From IMG/VR virus record IMGVR_UViG_3300031992_000042, positions 1-64,000 of that record: DNA of 64,000 bases; one strand, written 5' to 3'. The translations under genes and the position numbers were made by a program. The notes under the pieces are model-generated. The model worked only from the letters and a program-made list of their open reading frames with translations, did no database searches and had not been told where the DNA came from. Source of the DNA: a virus. Taxonomy: Duplodnaviria > Caudoviricetes. This document shows, piece after piece, positions 28,801-39,500 of the stretch; the stretch's first letter is position 1, and the number at the start of each line of letters is the position of its first letter.

Positions 28801-31800
28801 ACCTTCAAGTTTTTCTGCCGCTAACTGACCCGCATTGCCGATACCTTCTGCTTTAGAATAAATAGTTTGTTTTGCTTTAGTTTCGTTTGCAACTTCTGCT
28901 ATTTTTGCTAAGACATCGGTGAAGCTTTGCTGCCCGATCATCGATAATCTTGTGTTTACTTCTATTTGTGTTTTCCATGTTTTATCGTAGCATTTATTTA
29001 ACTTGTCGATATATGCCCATCTGTTCGTATCTATATCTGGATCAACCAGGTGCGCGGCATACTCTGTGTCAATATCCGGGTATTCTACCTTAATTGAAGC
29101 ATCAAGATTATCGTCAACGCCATACAGGTCTAGGTACCTAAAATCGTATGTTGCTTGAGGATGTGAAATTTCTTTCAAATTGTCTAAGGCATCTGAATAA
29201 AGCTTGTCTTCATCACCTTCGACAAAGTTATTATCTTGCCAATATCCTTCTCGGTACATATCGCCTAAAAGATCGGAAAGATGTAAATTGATATCTATTA
29301 TATCTTGTTGGGCTGCTTTTAAAGCTGGCAATTTGACTTGATATGCTTCGTGACATAAGTCTATGAATTTATCCATTAAATAAGGCATGCCAAGCTTTTC
29401 TCCAGCCGCAGTTGAATTTAATATAGTGTATTTTTTATTCTTGGAGAAAAATACTTTGTTGTAATCTTTAACTCTTAAATAATGAGAGCTGGTAGGGACA
29501 CTGTTCGCAACGATTCTAATATTTGTTGTATGGTTTGGAGTTGTAAAAGGAGAAGTTGTTTTCTCTGCTAATACAACGTTATTCTCGTTCCGACATACAA
29601 CAATAGAACCAGAAGGTAAACTAAACTGATATTCAACATTGTCGTGAATACCGTTTATTTGTCCTACTTGTTTGTTTCCTTCAGGTAAAAATTCTCCATT
29701 AGAATAACCCATCTTTGAAAACACAACATCGTCTAATTCATTTTTCTTTGGGAAGTCTAATACTCTAAAAGAATGTTCTACTGATTTTAGAATATGATGT
29801 TCGTCATTATCCTGCCAGAGAATTTTGTCAGCAGAAATATAATGAATCAAAGAAGGGTTTTGAATAACCATATCGGTGGTAAACAACCAATAATTATTAT
29901 ATTCGTTCTTGAAAGCATAGTTGCCGATAGGTAAAGATGTATAACTATCGTTATAATTATATCTTTCGCTAACGCCTTTAGTTAGTATTTCTTGGTTTAT
30001 ACATCCGTCTATAACAACAGCAAAAGCATTGTTAATAGCTTTTTCTTCTACTGTGTTATTAATTGGTACATAGGATGAACCAGATACTATATAGGCTAAA
30101 GAACGCTTAAGAGAATAATAATAGTTATATCCGCTTATAACGGAAATCTTTTCTGGGTTATCGTCGCTATTGCTGACGTAAACTTTACTCCATCCGAGAT
30201 CTCCATTCGTTCCCCAACAGAAATATAAATCTTCAAATGCAAATGTGTTTTGGTATGATTTATAATACCATCCATAACTTGTTAAACATGCATTCGGAGA
30301 TGGTTCTGAGTCATTTTCGTCTATAAAATAAACAGGGTGAGTTTCTGTTGAAACTTTAACCGTGTCTTCGATAGACTTTCTATTAGAATAAATACTATCT
30401 TCTCTTGGTCCGAACACGCCTGCGATAGCATCTGCCGAGAATAAATATACTTTATCTCCGCTATGCCATGTATCATCTGTAGACCATAACTTAATTGTGG
30501 ATGGTTCTTCAAACTCGTTTAGTCCGTAGAAATATCCGCTTGCTTGGATTTCCTGATAGTCGTTGTTGAACCATGTATACATTTTTTCTGTATTGTCTGC
30601 AATATAAATAATGTTTACTGTTCCGACAACAGGAAAATGATCGTAATCTTCTCTATGAACTTTAGTGTGAAGATAATAAGTGTTTCCAAGACTGTCTCTG
30701 TAATAATCGTCTGTTCCGTTGCCTAAGGCTTTTACGTAAGACTTTTCCCATTTAGTAGGGTTGCCTTGATGAACAACATAAACAACAGCGCCTTTGCCTG
30801 CAATAGCTTCACCGCTGTTTTTTATTCCGACAGCCGTATTAATGGAAAAATAGTTTCGTTTTGATTCGTCGTAATCAGACCTGAATATTACACCATCTGG
30901 ATATGTAGACTTTTTTAATGTTAATTGAAATTGCCCGTCCACAATGTCTGAACTAGAAATATCTAACATTAAAAAACCATTTCCAGATGAAGCAGTATTA
31001 GACAGCTCTTCCTTGGCACTCGACAAAGCTAACGAAGCTTCTTCTGCTGCAATATGTTTCGCAGGAAGTTCAGTTTGTGCTTGTGCTAATTCTAATAACA
31101 TTTCGTCCGTTAACAAACCGATTTTACGATAATAAGAAAAGTCCATTATATAAGGAATTTTATTCTTAACGTAAACAGGTTGAACAGATAAAGTAGTATA
31201 GTTGATACCTTCTTGTGGTTCTTTATAAATTTCAAACAAATATGTTCCATCGTAAACATAACTTCTGGAAACGAAGTCTAAAGAAGACCATTTAAGATTC
31301 GTTGTTTGTCTGTTTGTAGAAAAATAATAATTTGCCTGATTGTGAACAAACTTGTAATTTCCTGCTGATAAAGAACCGAAAGTAATTTCAGCATGTTCTG
31401 CGTTTTGTAAGGATGCTAACCCATTTCTATCTCCGTAAGAACCGTAAGCAGTAAGAACAGTAACAAGATTTTCTGTATTAAGCGTTCTTGAAATGTTTCC
31501 TATGCTCTTATCATAATAAAGTTCTAAAACTTTATTTTCGTTTAAGTCTGGAGGAATAACACCTTCGTCAAGTTTTTCAGAGAAAGGATTTATTGGTAGA
31601 ATATCGACTGTACGTCCAACCTTTTGAACACCGTCTTCTTCGTATGTTCCTTCTCCATGATATATAGGTTTAGCATCAAACATTTCGCAAAGATCGTTCA
31701 TCATCTTAAACGCTCCAGTTTTGGCTGAAGCTGTAAAAGAACGAACCTTTTCTTTTCCTGCTAAATTGTATTTATCTTCTTCTAAGAATACAGGAACATA

Positions 31801-32271
31801 TCCTAAATGCCACCCGGTTCCTTCAAGAATTGTTTCTGCAATTTGTTTGATTGTGCCTGTATTGTTGCCTTCGTCGTCGGAAAATTCAAGATTTAGATTT
31901 TTAGTGTTAAGTAGTTGAGAAATATGCCCAGCTTGGATTTCGTAATCGGTTGAAAAGTTATTATGTGTGACTTTTGATTCTGAAATTAAGAACCAGTCAA
32001 TTTCTGTCTGCTTATCTTTAACTTCTCTAAAACGAATACGATAATCAGATACTAAAAAATCTAACCGATAATTTCTTTCTCCATTGCATTCAGAAGGTAA
32101 ACAAAACTTTAATTGTTTAAATCCGTTTCTTTCTGTATTAACGTAAACATCATGTGCTTGCCCAACTATATCGTTAGTACTGTCATACAGGTTACACAAA
32201 GCATGTCCTGCATAATCATATACGTCTAAACTTAAAGTTCTTTGCATAACCTTAATACTCCCTTCTTGCAA
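25849..32271 (-). CDS. Tal / tail spike host-specificity protein (2140 aa)
   Basis: directly after Dit; prophage-tail-like N-terminus; C-terminal TGKITATSGQIAGW.I repeats. Confidence 0.8.
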   Translation of the reverse strand: MQEGSIKVMQRTLSLDVYDYAGHALCNLYDSTNDIVGQAHDVYVNTERNGFKQLKFCLPSECNGERNYRLDFLVSDYRIRFREVKDKQTEIDWFLISESKVTHNNFSTDYEIQAGHISQLLNTKNLNLEFSDDEGNNTGTIKQIAETILEGTGWHLGYVPVFLEEDKYNLAGKEKVRSFTASAKTGAFKMMNDLCEMFDAKPIYHGEGTYEEDGVQKVGRTVDILPINPFSEKLDEGVIPPDLNENKVLELYYDKSIGNISRTLNTENLVTVLTAYGSYGDRNGLASLQNAEHAEITFGSLSAGNYKFVHNQANYYFSTNRQTTNLKWSSLDFVSRSYVYDGTYLFEIYKEPQEGINYTTLSVQPVYVKNKIPYIMDFSYYRKIGLLTDEMLLELAQAQTELPAKHIAAEEASLALSSAKEELSNTASSGNGFLMLDISSSDIVDGQFQLTLKKSTYPDGVIFRSDYDESKRNYFSINTAVGIKNSGEAIAGKGAVVYVVHQGNPTKWEKSYVKALGNGTDDYYRDSLGNTYYLHTKVHREDYDHFPVVGTVNIIYIADNTEKMYTWFNNDYQEIQASGYFYGLNEFEEPSTIKLWSTDDTWHSGDKVYLFSADAIAGVFGPREDSIYSNRKSIEDTVKVSTETHPVYFIDENDSEPSPNACLTSYGWYYKSYQNTFAFEDLYFCWGTNGDLGWSKVYVSNSDDNPEKISVISGYNYYYSLKRSLAYIVSGSSYVPINNTVEEKAINNAFAVVIDGCINQEILTKGVSERYNYNDSYTSLPIGNYAFKNEYNNYWLFTTDMVIQNPSLIHYISADKILWQDNDEHHILKSVEHSFRVLDFPKKNELDDVVFSKMGYSNGEFLPEGNKQVGQINGIHDNVEYQFSLPSGSIVVCRNENNVVLAEKTTSPFTTPNHTTNIRIVANSVPTSSHYLRVKDYNKVFFSKNKKYTILNSTAAGEKLGMPYLMDKFIDLCHEAYQVKLPALKAAQQDIIDINLHLSDLLGDMYREGYWQDNNFVEGDEDKLYSDALDNLKEISHPQATYDFRYLDLYGVDDNLDASIKVEYPDIDTEYAAHLVDPDIDTNRWAYIDKLNKCYDKTWKTQIEVNTRLSMIGQQSFTDVLAKIAEVANETKAKQTIYSKAEGIGNAGQLAAEKLEGLIQANKIYILGGTSNWYTDSKGNIVFEDADGNSAMMLTGRGLMIANSKDEYGDWDWRTALSGKGFNCDVIATGEFSAKHIIAGTITTDKLSSMVGQELEISSNKALMLYATVDGTRPVDGLETKHPNEGDSYIKIAAKDGNTPAYIDIQSGGNLNLYGGSSARIESGGKLDLVGATLNLESQGKIAIKSGTTLDVQSGGVLLIDTSNFKIQKNSTTNEYDVTVKGNITTTGGKIAGFTIGSATGRDYMYAGGKTSLDSSGTGIYIGTDGINIANKFKFSTDGNTASLNVNASNITLGDLNQTLGAKLTSIDNNTTTFYCTTAQMTGKSYTKGNTWTCTDTINNKQYFYIYRCIQTRSNATAAQVTSDWVLTGTAVTAGASLDINASTGTINMVAANSINIAAGATISVAANKTLSLLAGNASGTNHANPTGSGGTVLIGNSSSPFTIGSDYYTYSSSNKYIRAYIRNGIESILDSSHTGVYVGTDGINLRSTNYYFKFDTKGDAGAEFKVNAAKVSLGNITLSTKLSNMESATTTAQTTADNAASAASSANTNANSRAKTWYCPSTGTGNITTKDYHAGDIWYETTSGYGYQYVCKQVSSTKNNSADWALVGTSVTKGAKLQVDAAAGTINMVSANTISIAAGATVSITANQKLAFTTAGTIEIGNGVKPFTIGATTGTSGHAYIYNGVTSTGDTAHDGIYIGTDGITLGKGVFKVTTAGALTATSADITGKITATSGQIAGWYIGTDYIGTGASAAASKVGIGTGTGDSNYVFWAGNSNNQANAAFTVTANGTVKATKATIEGKVTATSGEIAGWKIGVFTNGGGWICDGNGPNNSSMGLQYSPSSTSAYSMFFAGGTPGSSGTAKFKVTNQGYLTAKYGEIAGWEIMSTSLGKNYSSNGHAYNVEMGKQNNYVGYWMGSDTASNAPLAMVMNTTSGVSYNDAYSVTAPAYYWAWWDANASAWRYYRFDLQAMWNAHLFVGS

Positions 32272-32274
32272 AGA

Positions 32275-33402
32275 TTAAGAATAAGTAGGCTTATAAATAA
32301 AAGAGAGTCTTTTAAGACTCGTTCCTTGTGTTGGTGTTATTGTTATTTCGTTCATAGAAACAATACTAGTCTTACATATTCCAGACATTTGTGTATTTTT
32401 AGTTAACTCTAAAGTGTGTTTATCAATACATTTATTTATTTTATACCAGTCTCCAAAAGAATCGATTCCAATATATATGTATTTACCTATATACCACTCT
32501 TTTTCTCCTTCTTCCTGATATAAAATATTCGTTGCAACAACAAGTGAGTTGTTGTAAGAAACGTATAAGTCGCGTAAAATAGGGAAGGCTGGTTCTAACT
32601 CTATAAATCCATGATCATGATAAAGAAATGCAAGTGACTTGTTCCCATCTGAGTCTAAAACAGTCTTTCCGTTGATTCCATCTGTGTAAATATAATCATT
32701 ATTATTTGTGTTGAATGCAACATACTTGCAAGATTGTTGCGTTGCATTGTTGTATATTGTAACGCCATTACCCGCTGTGCCAGAAATAATAATATCCACT
32801 TTCGCTTTTTCTGTGCCCGGGTTATATAAAATAATAGACTTTTGAGATGAAATATTATTAAAAGTCATGTCAGGCACCATGTATGCTTTATCTAAAATAG
32901 CAGTATTTTTCATCATATCAAAATGATGTGGATCAAAAATTTCACTGTAAAAAAGGTGCTTATGTGCAGCATCTTCGTTAGCATCATCTGTAACGTTATA
33001 ACCACGAGCATATGGATAATAAGCTTTCATCGTAATTGTAACAACACCATTCAAATAGTTATATATCTGGCTTATATCTGGATTTGCCGTTACAGTTGCA
33101 TAATAATAACACCATGGTCTGCGCTTAAAAATTAACATTCCTTTTCTACCAACCCTAAATAAATCTAAAGTTTTTGCTAATACGCCTTGGGCTATATGTT
33201 TTTCTTCGTAGTAGCATCTTAATGTAAAAACTTTGGGTTGTTTTGATGCGCCGTATGAGTAACCACCATCATGTCCTTCGAAAGTTTCTTCATGCATGTT
33301 GGATTCAGCCGGAGCATAAACATAGGTATCTTTGTTTTCTGGAGCATATTCTAATCCAATATCAAAAATATCTACTCCACAGAAAGAAAATCCGCCTTTC
33401 AT
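32275..33402 (-). CDS. distal tail protein (Dit)
   Basis: directly after TMP; GFSF.G...G.LIF...P..YYYA...ITMKAYYPYA. Confidence 0.75.
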   Translation of the reverse strand: MKGGFSFCGVDIFDIGLEYAPENKDTYVYAPAESNMHEETFEGHDGGYSYGASKQPKVFTLRCYYEEKHIAQGVLAKTLDLFRVGRKGMLIFKRRPWCYYYATVTANPDISQIYNYLNGVVTITMKAYYPYARGYNVTDDANEDAAHKHLFYSEIFDPHHFDMMKNTAILDKAYMVPDMTFNNISSQKSIILYNPGTEKAKVDIIISGTAGNGVTIYNNATQQSCKYVAFNTNNNDYIYTDGINGKTVLDSDGNKSLAFLYHDHGFIELEPAFPILRDLYVSYNNSLVVATNILYQEEGEKEWYIGKYIYIGIDSFGDWYKINKCIDKHTLELTKNTQMSGICKTSIVSMNEITITPTQGTSLKRLSFIYKPTYS

Positions 33403-33503
33403 ACGGTCACCACCTTTCTTTGTTTCTTTCCTTTATAGTCAACTTGGAAATGTCTTATTGTTAATGAAATGAAAAGAAATAATAATGATTTGAAAAGAAA
33501 GTA

Positions 33504-33532
33504 GGGAAGGGCGCAATAAAAGCGCCCTTCCC
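33504..33532 (-). terminator. terminator after the tape measure gene
   Basis: gggaagggcgc-ttttatt-gcgcccttccc then tactttctttt. Confidence 0.7.
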
Positions 33533-33540
33533 GAAGAATC

Positions 33541-36500
33541 TTAACCGAAAGCATAACCTGATAAATTTAATCCGTTGCGCTGTAATTCCTTTGTAAAAGC
33601 TTGTCCAACACGTTTTGCTAAGTTATCTACGTCTGCATCAGAGTTAATTTCGGCTTGGTTAATCGTAATGTTGATATCTCCTACATTTGTGTTGTTGTTA
33701 TACATAGACGGATCTATGTAAGACATGTATGGAGAATTCTTAACATAAGTAAATGTATCAAGCATAGAACGAAGAAGTTTAGTATCTGTTGAATCTAAGA
33801 AAGACTCGGGACGTTGCATAGTTCCATCAACCCAAGCAAGTCCTGTATAATCAATTAATCCACCATTGGCGTGAGGACCTTTTGTTTGACCTGTTATTTC
33901 ATAAAATTCTTGAAGTACTTTATTAGATTCTTCTATTGCTTTATTTGCTCTCTCGATTGTTGCGTTATAAGCTTGATCTATTTTATCGAACTCTGAAAGC
34001 TGATTTGTTTTTCTACTTTCTTCGTTTACTTTATTGTTTATCCCGATAATTTTATCTGCTTCTTCTTGGCTTGTAACAACTATCGGAACAGCAACAGCAC
34101 CATGAACATCTTCTTTCGCAAGTTGTTCGTTAATAGCTTCTAATGCTTCTTTTTCTGTTGCATATTCTTTTGTTTTTTGTCCTGCTCCAACGCCTGTATA
34201 TTTCTTTGCGCCAGGTCCTCCATTATCTCCATTCCCACTGTCTGCAGCAGAAGCGGATGATGTTTCTGTAACAGTAGGAGCAACATAATATAATCCTGAT
34301 AAATCTGCAAGACTTAATCCTTCTCCAGTAGAAAAATCAATTGTAGAAACATTAGAACTATCTAAGCCATAAACATCTGGAGCCTTTCCGTCTATTGTTT
34401 TAATATCGACTTTGAAAATGTTATCTTCAAGTTCGTCAATTTTAGAAACAACATCTGTTAACGTATGAGTGTGTTCATCAAATTCCGCACCCGTTTTAAC
34501 AGAGTTAATATAATTATCGTAGTATTCTCCCCATTGCTGTTCAAGAATCCTCATGGAATTTTTGTCGCCGTTTTCTTCATATAACCGATATGTCCTGTCA
34601 ATAGAACGCATATAATCCATATATGTATCTTTATCGCTAAGAACAGTTGTGATTAATTGGTAGTTAGAATCAATAATATCGTTAGCTTTTTTCCATGTAT
34701 CTTCCCAGCCTTGAATCATTTGCTTTTGAGCGTCTGGTAGACTCTTCATAAAGGCTTCATTTTCTTTGCTCATAAACTCAAGAATCTTATTGTAGGATTC
34801 TTCGAACGATCCAGAAAGAATTTCGTTCATTTCTGTTGCAAAGTTATTTGCATCACCAAGAATCTCGTTTAAAAGTTCTTCGTTGTATTGAACAAATTTG
34901 TCCATGCCTTCCATTTGATCGTCGATACGTTCAGACTCAGCAGCTACTTCATCTTCGGCAACAGTCCAAGCATTTTCTTTTTCAAGCTCCTCAATTTTAC
35001 GACGAAGTTCTTTTGCGTCTTTAGTACGAGTAGGATCAGCTTCAATTAAAGCTAATTGCTGTCTGTACTCTGCAAGTTCCTCGTCTTTGTCTGCTTGCTC
35101 GGAAGCCTTTTTACGATAATTAAACCGTTCATTAATCAAACTCTTGTATTCTGCAAGGTTTTCTTTTTCTTTTTCTATGTCTTTCTTTTTAAGATTCCAT
35201 TCATCTTGTAAGCGTTTCTTAAGAAGATTGACAATAGTATCTTGCATAGAAACATTAGCAGAAAGAATTTCGCGCTGACGTTTCTTTTCTGCTTCAATTT
35301 CTTTATCGACAGCATCTTCTAACGTCTTACGAACTTGCATAATCTTCTTTTTATTTTCTTCAAGAAGCTTGTTATTTTTATCAATTTGCGTATTCTCTTG
35401 TTCTATTGCTTCTTCATGTTTCTTAATCTGCTCAACAATACGCTTTTCTTGTTCTTGATCATCCTTAAATAATTCTTTTTGCTTTTCAAGTTCGATAATC
35501 TCGTCTTGAAGAACTTTAACTCTGTTTCCACGAAGATTGTTCTCTTCTTCGATCATCGTGTTTACGTTAGTTAATTCACCATTGTTCTGGTAAACACTAG
35601 TTTGATACCCAAGAAGCTTAATATTATGATCATATTCAGAAGCGCCCCAGTCTTGATCCTCAAACAATTTATCTAAAGCAACTTTATTAATTTCACGCTG
35701 TTTCTGAGATTGTTCTAATAAGAATTTCTGATACTCAGATTCAGCTTCGTTAATAGCATCTAAAAGTTGCCGTTGTGTTTCTGGATCAAGTGTTTTGCTA
35801 GCCATACCTTCTTGATAAGTTTTATTTAAAGCGTCAAGTTTTTCTTTAGCTTCGTTTGTTAAACTACCAAGGTTATCCATATATCGACTCATAGCTTCCA
35901 TATAAGCTTCATTATCTTTAAGACTAAGATATTCTTGCGCCTGTTGAGATAATAATTCGTTCACATGTGAAAGTTCACGAGTCTGATCTGAATAATCTTC
36001 GTTTATTTTATCTATGTTACTTTGAGTCAAAGCTTTGTTAAGTTCAATTTGAGACAATTCTGCCTGAGCAACAGCTTCAGAATACTGATATACAGCTGCT
36101 TGGGCTTCATACCATGAAGTAGAACCTTCTTCAAGAGTTTCCATCTGTTTACGAGCAGAGGCTTCAGCTTTCATATTCTCTGCAATAATTGCAGCAGTAC
36201 TCTTTTGCTGTTCACGAATCATGTTTTCGTATTCATTTCTATAACCGCTTGATTGATAGAAATTACCATAAGCAGAAGCAATATTTTGATTATGGTTTGC
36301 TGTTTGAGTATCTTGCTGAAGAATTTTGGCAATTTGAGAAAGTTTTTGCTGATTTAGTTCAAGTTGTTCTTGTACTAATTGATTATCAAGTTCAGCGTTT
36401 TCTTCTTCAAGAGCATATATTTTATCTCTAACTTCTCTCCACTGATCAGAGTCAGCTTCCCATTGCTTAAGCTCATTCTTCCATTCTTCGATTTGAGCAT

Positions 36501-39500
36501 CGTTTTCTGTGCGCTGAGTTTGTATTTCAGACATTTTCTGTTCTGTTAATTGCACATAATCACTAAACCGATCTTGAGCCAATGCTCTTTCAGCATAAGA
36601 ACTGAGCATGTTTTGTTTATGGGTTCCTGATTTATCAGTTTCTTCTTGGGTTTCTTGTACGAACTCAATTCTCTTTGCTTTAGCTTCAGCAATTTCATTA
36701 TTATAATTAGCCAAAGATTCTTTTGCTGCGTTAATCTTTTCTGTAAGTTGCATGTACTTATCAGAAGTTTTATCTAATCCATTTTGCTGCTCTTCCATTT
36801 TTGCGATGTTTTCTGTTTGCGCAGCTCTCATCTTTTCAATAACAGCTACTTCGTTATCTATAGATGAAACAAATGCATCTCTATTATTTAATCTATTAGC
36901 GGTCGCTTGTTCAATTTGCGTCATCTTACGCTCATGTTCAAGCTCTTTCATCTTAAATTCTATTTCTTTAAGAAGTTTCGTTAACGGATCTACTCCACCA
37001 CCACTAGATTTTTTAGTATAACTAGTTTTACCTGTCATCGCTACAGCAACTTCATTAGCTAAAGCTAGTTGTTGAAGCTTTGATTTATCCATATTTATTA
37101 AATTTGCAAAAGCTTCACCGTATGTTTTATATCCTCCGCTTGCAATAACAGATTGCGCTTTAACAGTATCTCCACCTGCAGCAGCAACAGCAACAGAAGC
37201 AACTAATGGATTTTCTTTGCAATATGTATTCCATTGTTCTACTACTTTTGCTTGATCAGATTTTAAATTCGATGTATCAATAGTTAAATCAGTATTAAAC
37301 TTAACTTTAGATCTATCACTTTCCGGCATTATTTCATACAATTTATCTAAAGTATCTGTTAAAATTTTCTTTGCGTTTTTAAGCTCTTTTTTATCTACTA
37401 ATTTTTCTATATTGCCAGAACCTGTATCATATCCTGCAAGACCAAACAAGATAGGGAAGTTAACTTTGATATAATCATCTTTTACAACTTTGTTCAGAAT
37501 AGACTCAATATTACTCCACTTATCTTTAAATTCTTGTTCTAATCCTTCTGTAGCACTAGACAGATCAATAGTTCCGTCTTCTTTGAATATTATTTTTGAA
37601 TAATCAATTTTTGCACCAGACGATTCTACAAGAGCAACAAGTTCATTCTGAATATTTTGTACATTCTTTTTTTCTTGCGCTGCCGCAAGGGCTGACACTT
37701 GTTCTTTTGTAAGATTGTCAAGATCAGCTTTCTTTAAACCTGTCGCAGATAAGAAATATGATCTATCGTCGCCTTTTATTTGTTTGCCTGCTTTATCCTT
37801 AACTTTGTTTAACGCAACAAGTTCATTATATTGTTGGCTAAGCGTAGCATCTAACTCAACCATTGCAAGTTCAGTTTCGATACCGCCTTTGCCAAGGTCA
37901 ACAAGTATTTCTTTAAAATCTTTTGATACTTCTGTATATTTCAACATTTCATCTAAGCGTTCGCTATCAAAAGTTTTAAAGAACTCATCAAGTGCTTTTT
38001 GAGCAGATGTTAAATCATTATTTGAAAATGCTTGTAATGCATCTTGAAGCTCAGAGTAATTATTAGCAAGAATAGACCATAAAGTATAAGTTCCACTTTC
38101 TGTATCTTTCGTTGCAGCAAGCATCGAAGCTCCAATTTGATCTATTTTTGATTTATCAAACTTACCAAGATCATTTACGTTTTCACCAAATAAACGACTT
38201 AATAATGAACGATTAAGATCGTATTTGTATTTACCACCAGATATCTGAGCATTATCATATAGTTCAAGTAAATCAGGAGCGGCTTCATTCAAACCAACTC
38301 TGGTGGCATTCCAATATTCAGCCATTATAGCAGGATCAAGACTATGCCTTTTTGCAATTTCATTTAATGCGTCAGCGTAGCTGCGTTGTTTGCTGTGCCT
38401 TCCCGTAGAATCGTAATATATATCATACTCTGAATTTACAATTTTATTAATTTCATCCTGATATTGTTGTATCCAACTTGCAGCTCTAGCAGTTCGTGTC
38501 TGTTTTTCGTAATCTTCTAATCCTTGTTCGTAATAGTCTCCGGCTTGAGTTGTACGTTGTCCATTAATTTCTGCACTAACAACATGACCTTCTGCATCAA
38601 CTATTAGATTGGTCAAAGAACCAATTAATGAGTCTATTGAGTCATATAATTCAGGCTGTTCTGCTAATACTTTTGCTCTTAACTGATCTGCCCAATTAGC
38701 ATCGCTAAGATTAATACTGAACGATTTGGCAAACTCTTCAATCATTTTGCCTGTTTTATCGTTTAACATTTTTTGAAGATCCTGCTTGCCTTTGTCGGAC
38801 TTAATAAGATCTTTTATATCTTTATCCTCAAGACCTAAAATAGACGCTAAAGCATTACGATCCTCAGCTGTAGATACTCCAGCATTAAGAGCAGCTTGAG
38901 CATTTGCTAAACTCTTTTGTTGTTGAATGTACGGGTTTATCATACCCATACGTTCAGTTAAAGAACCTTCTGTCCAAGCGATATAATTCTGAAGTAATTT
39001 AGAAGCGTTTTTATCTTCTGAAAATTTAAAATTATATTTGGTAGTTTCTTCTTCTAAATTCCTATTAAAATTCTCAATAATGTTGAGCTGCTCTTGATTA
39101 GCTGCTTCACCAGCTAATCTAGCTGTAATATATTTTTCGATATCTGAATATCCATATGCTTTTAAAATTTCTGGAGATTTTTGCAATGTTCTCAAGTCTT
39201 TGTCAGACATTGTTTGCAGCTCGGATAAATGTGCTAATTGCTGTGTTTTAGTTAAACCTTCTTGTCCGCTTATTAGATTTGAAATTATTTCTTGCATATA
39301 AGCTGATTCAAATCTATTAAGGTTATCTTTTCCACCTCTAAAATACTTGTTAGCAATATTAGCACCTGCAATCTCAGAAACTAATGCTATTTCATCTTCG
39401 CCCATTACTTGTTCTAAACGATCTATCCAGCCAGATTCTTTTATAAATTGATCTCTAGTTGTTGCAAATGGATGTGCTGCGTTCCATTGCTGAATAGCCT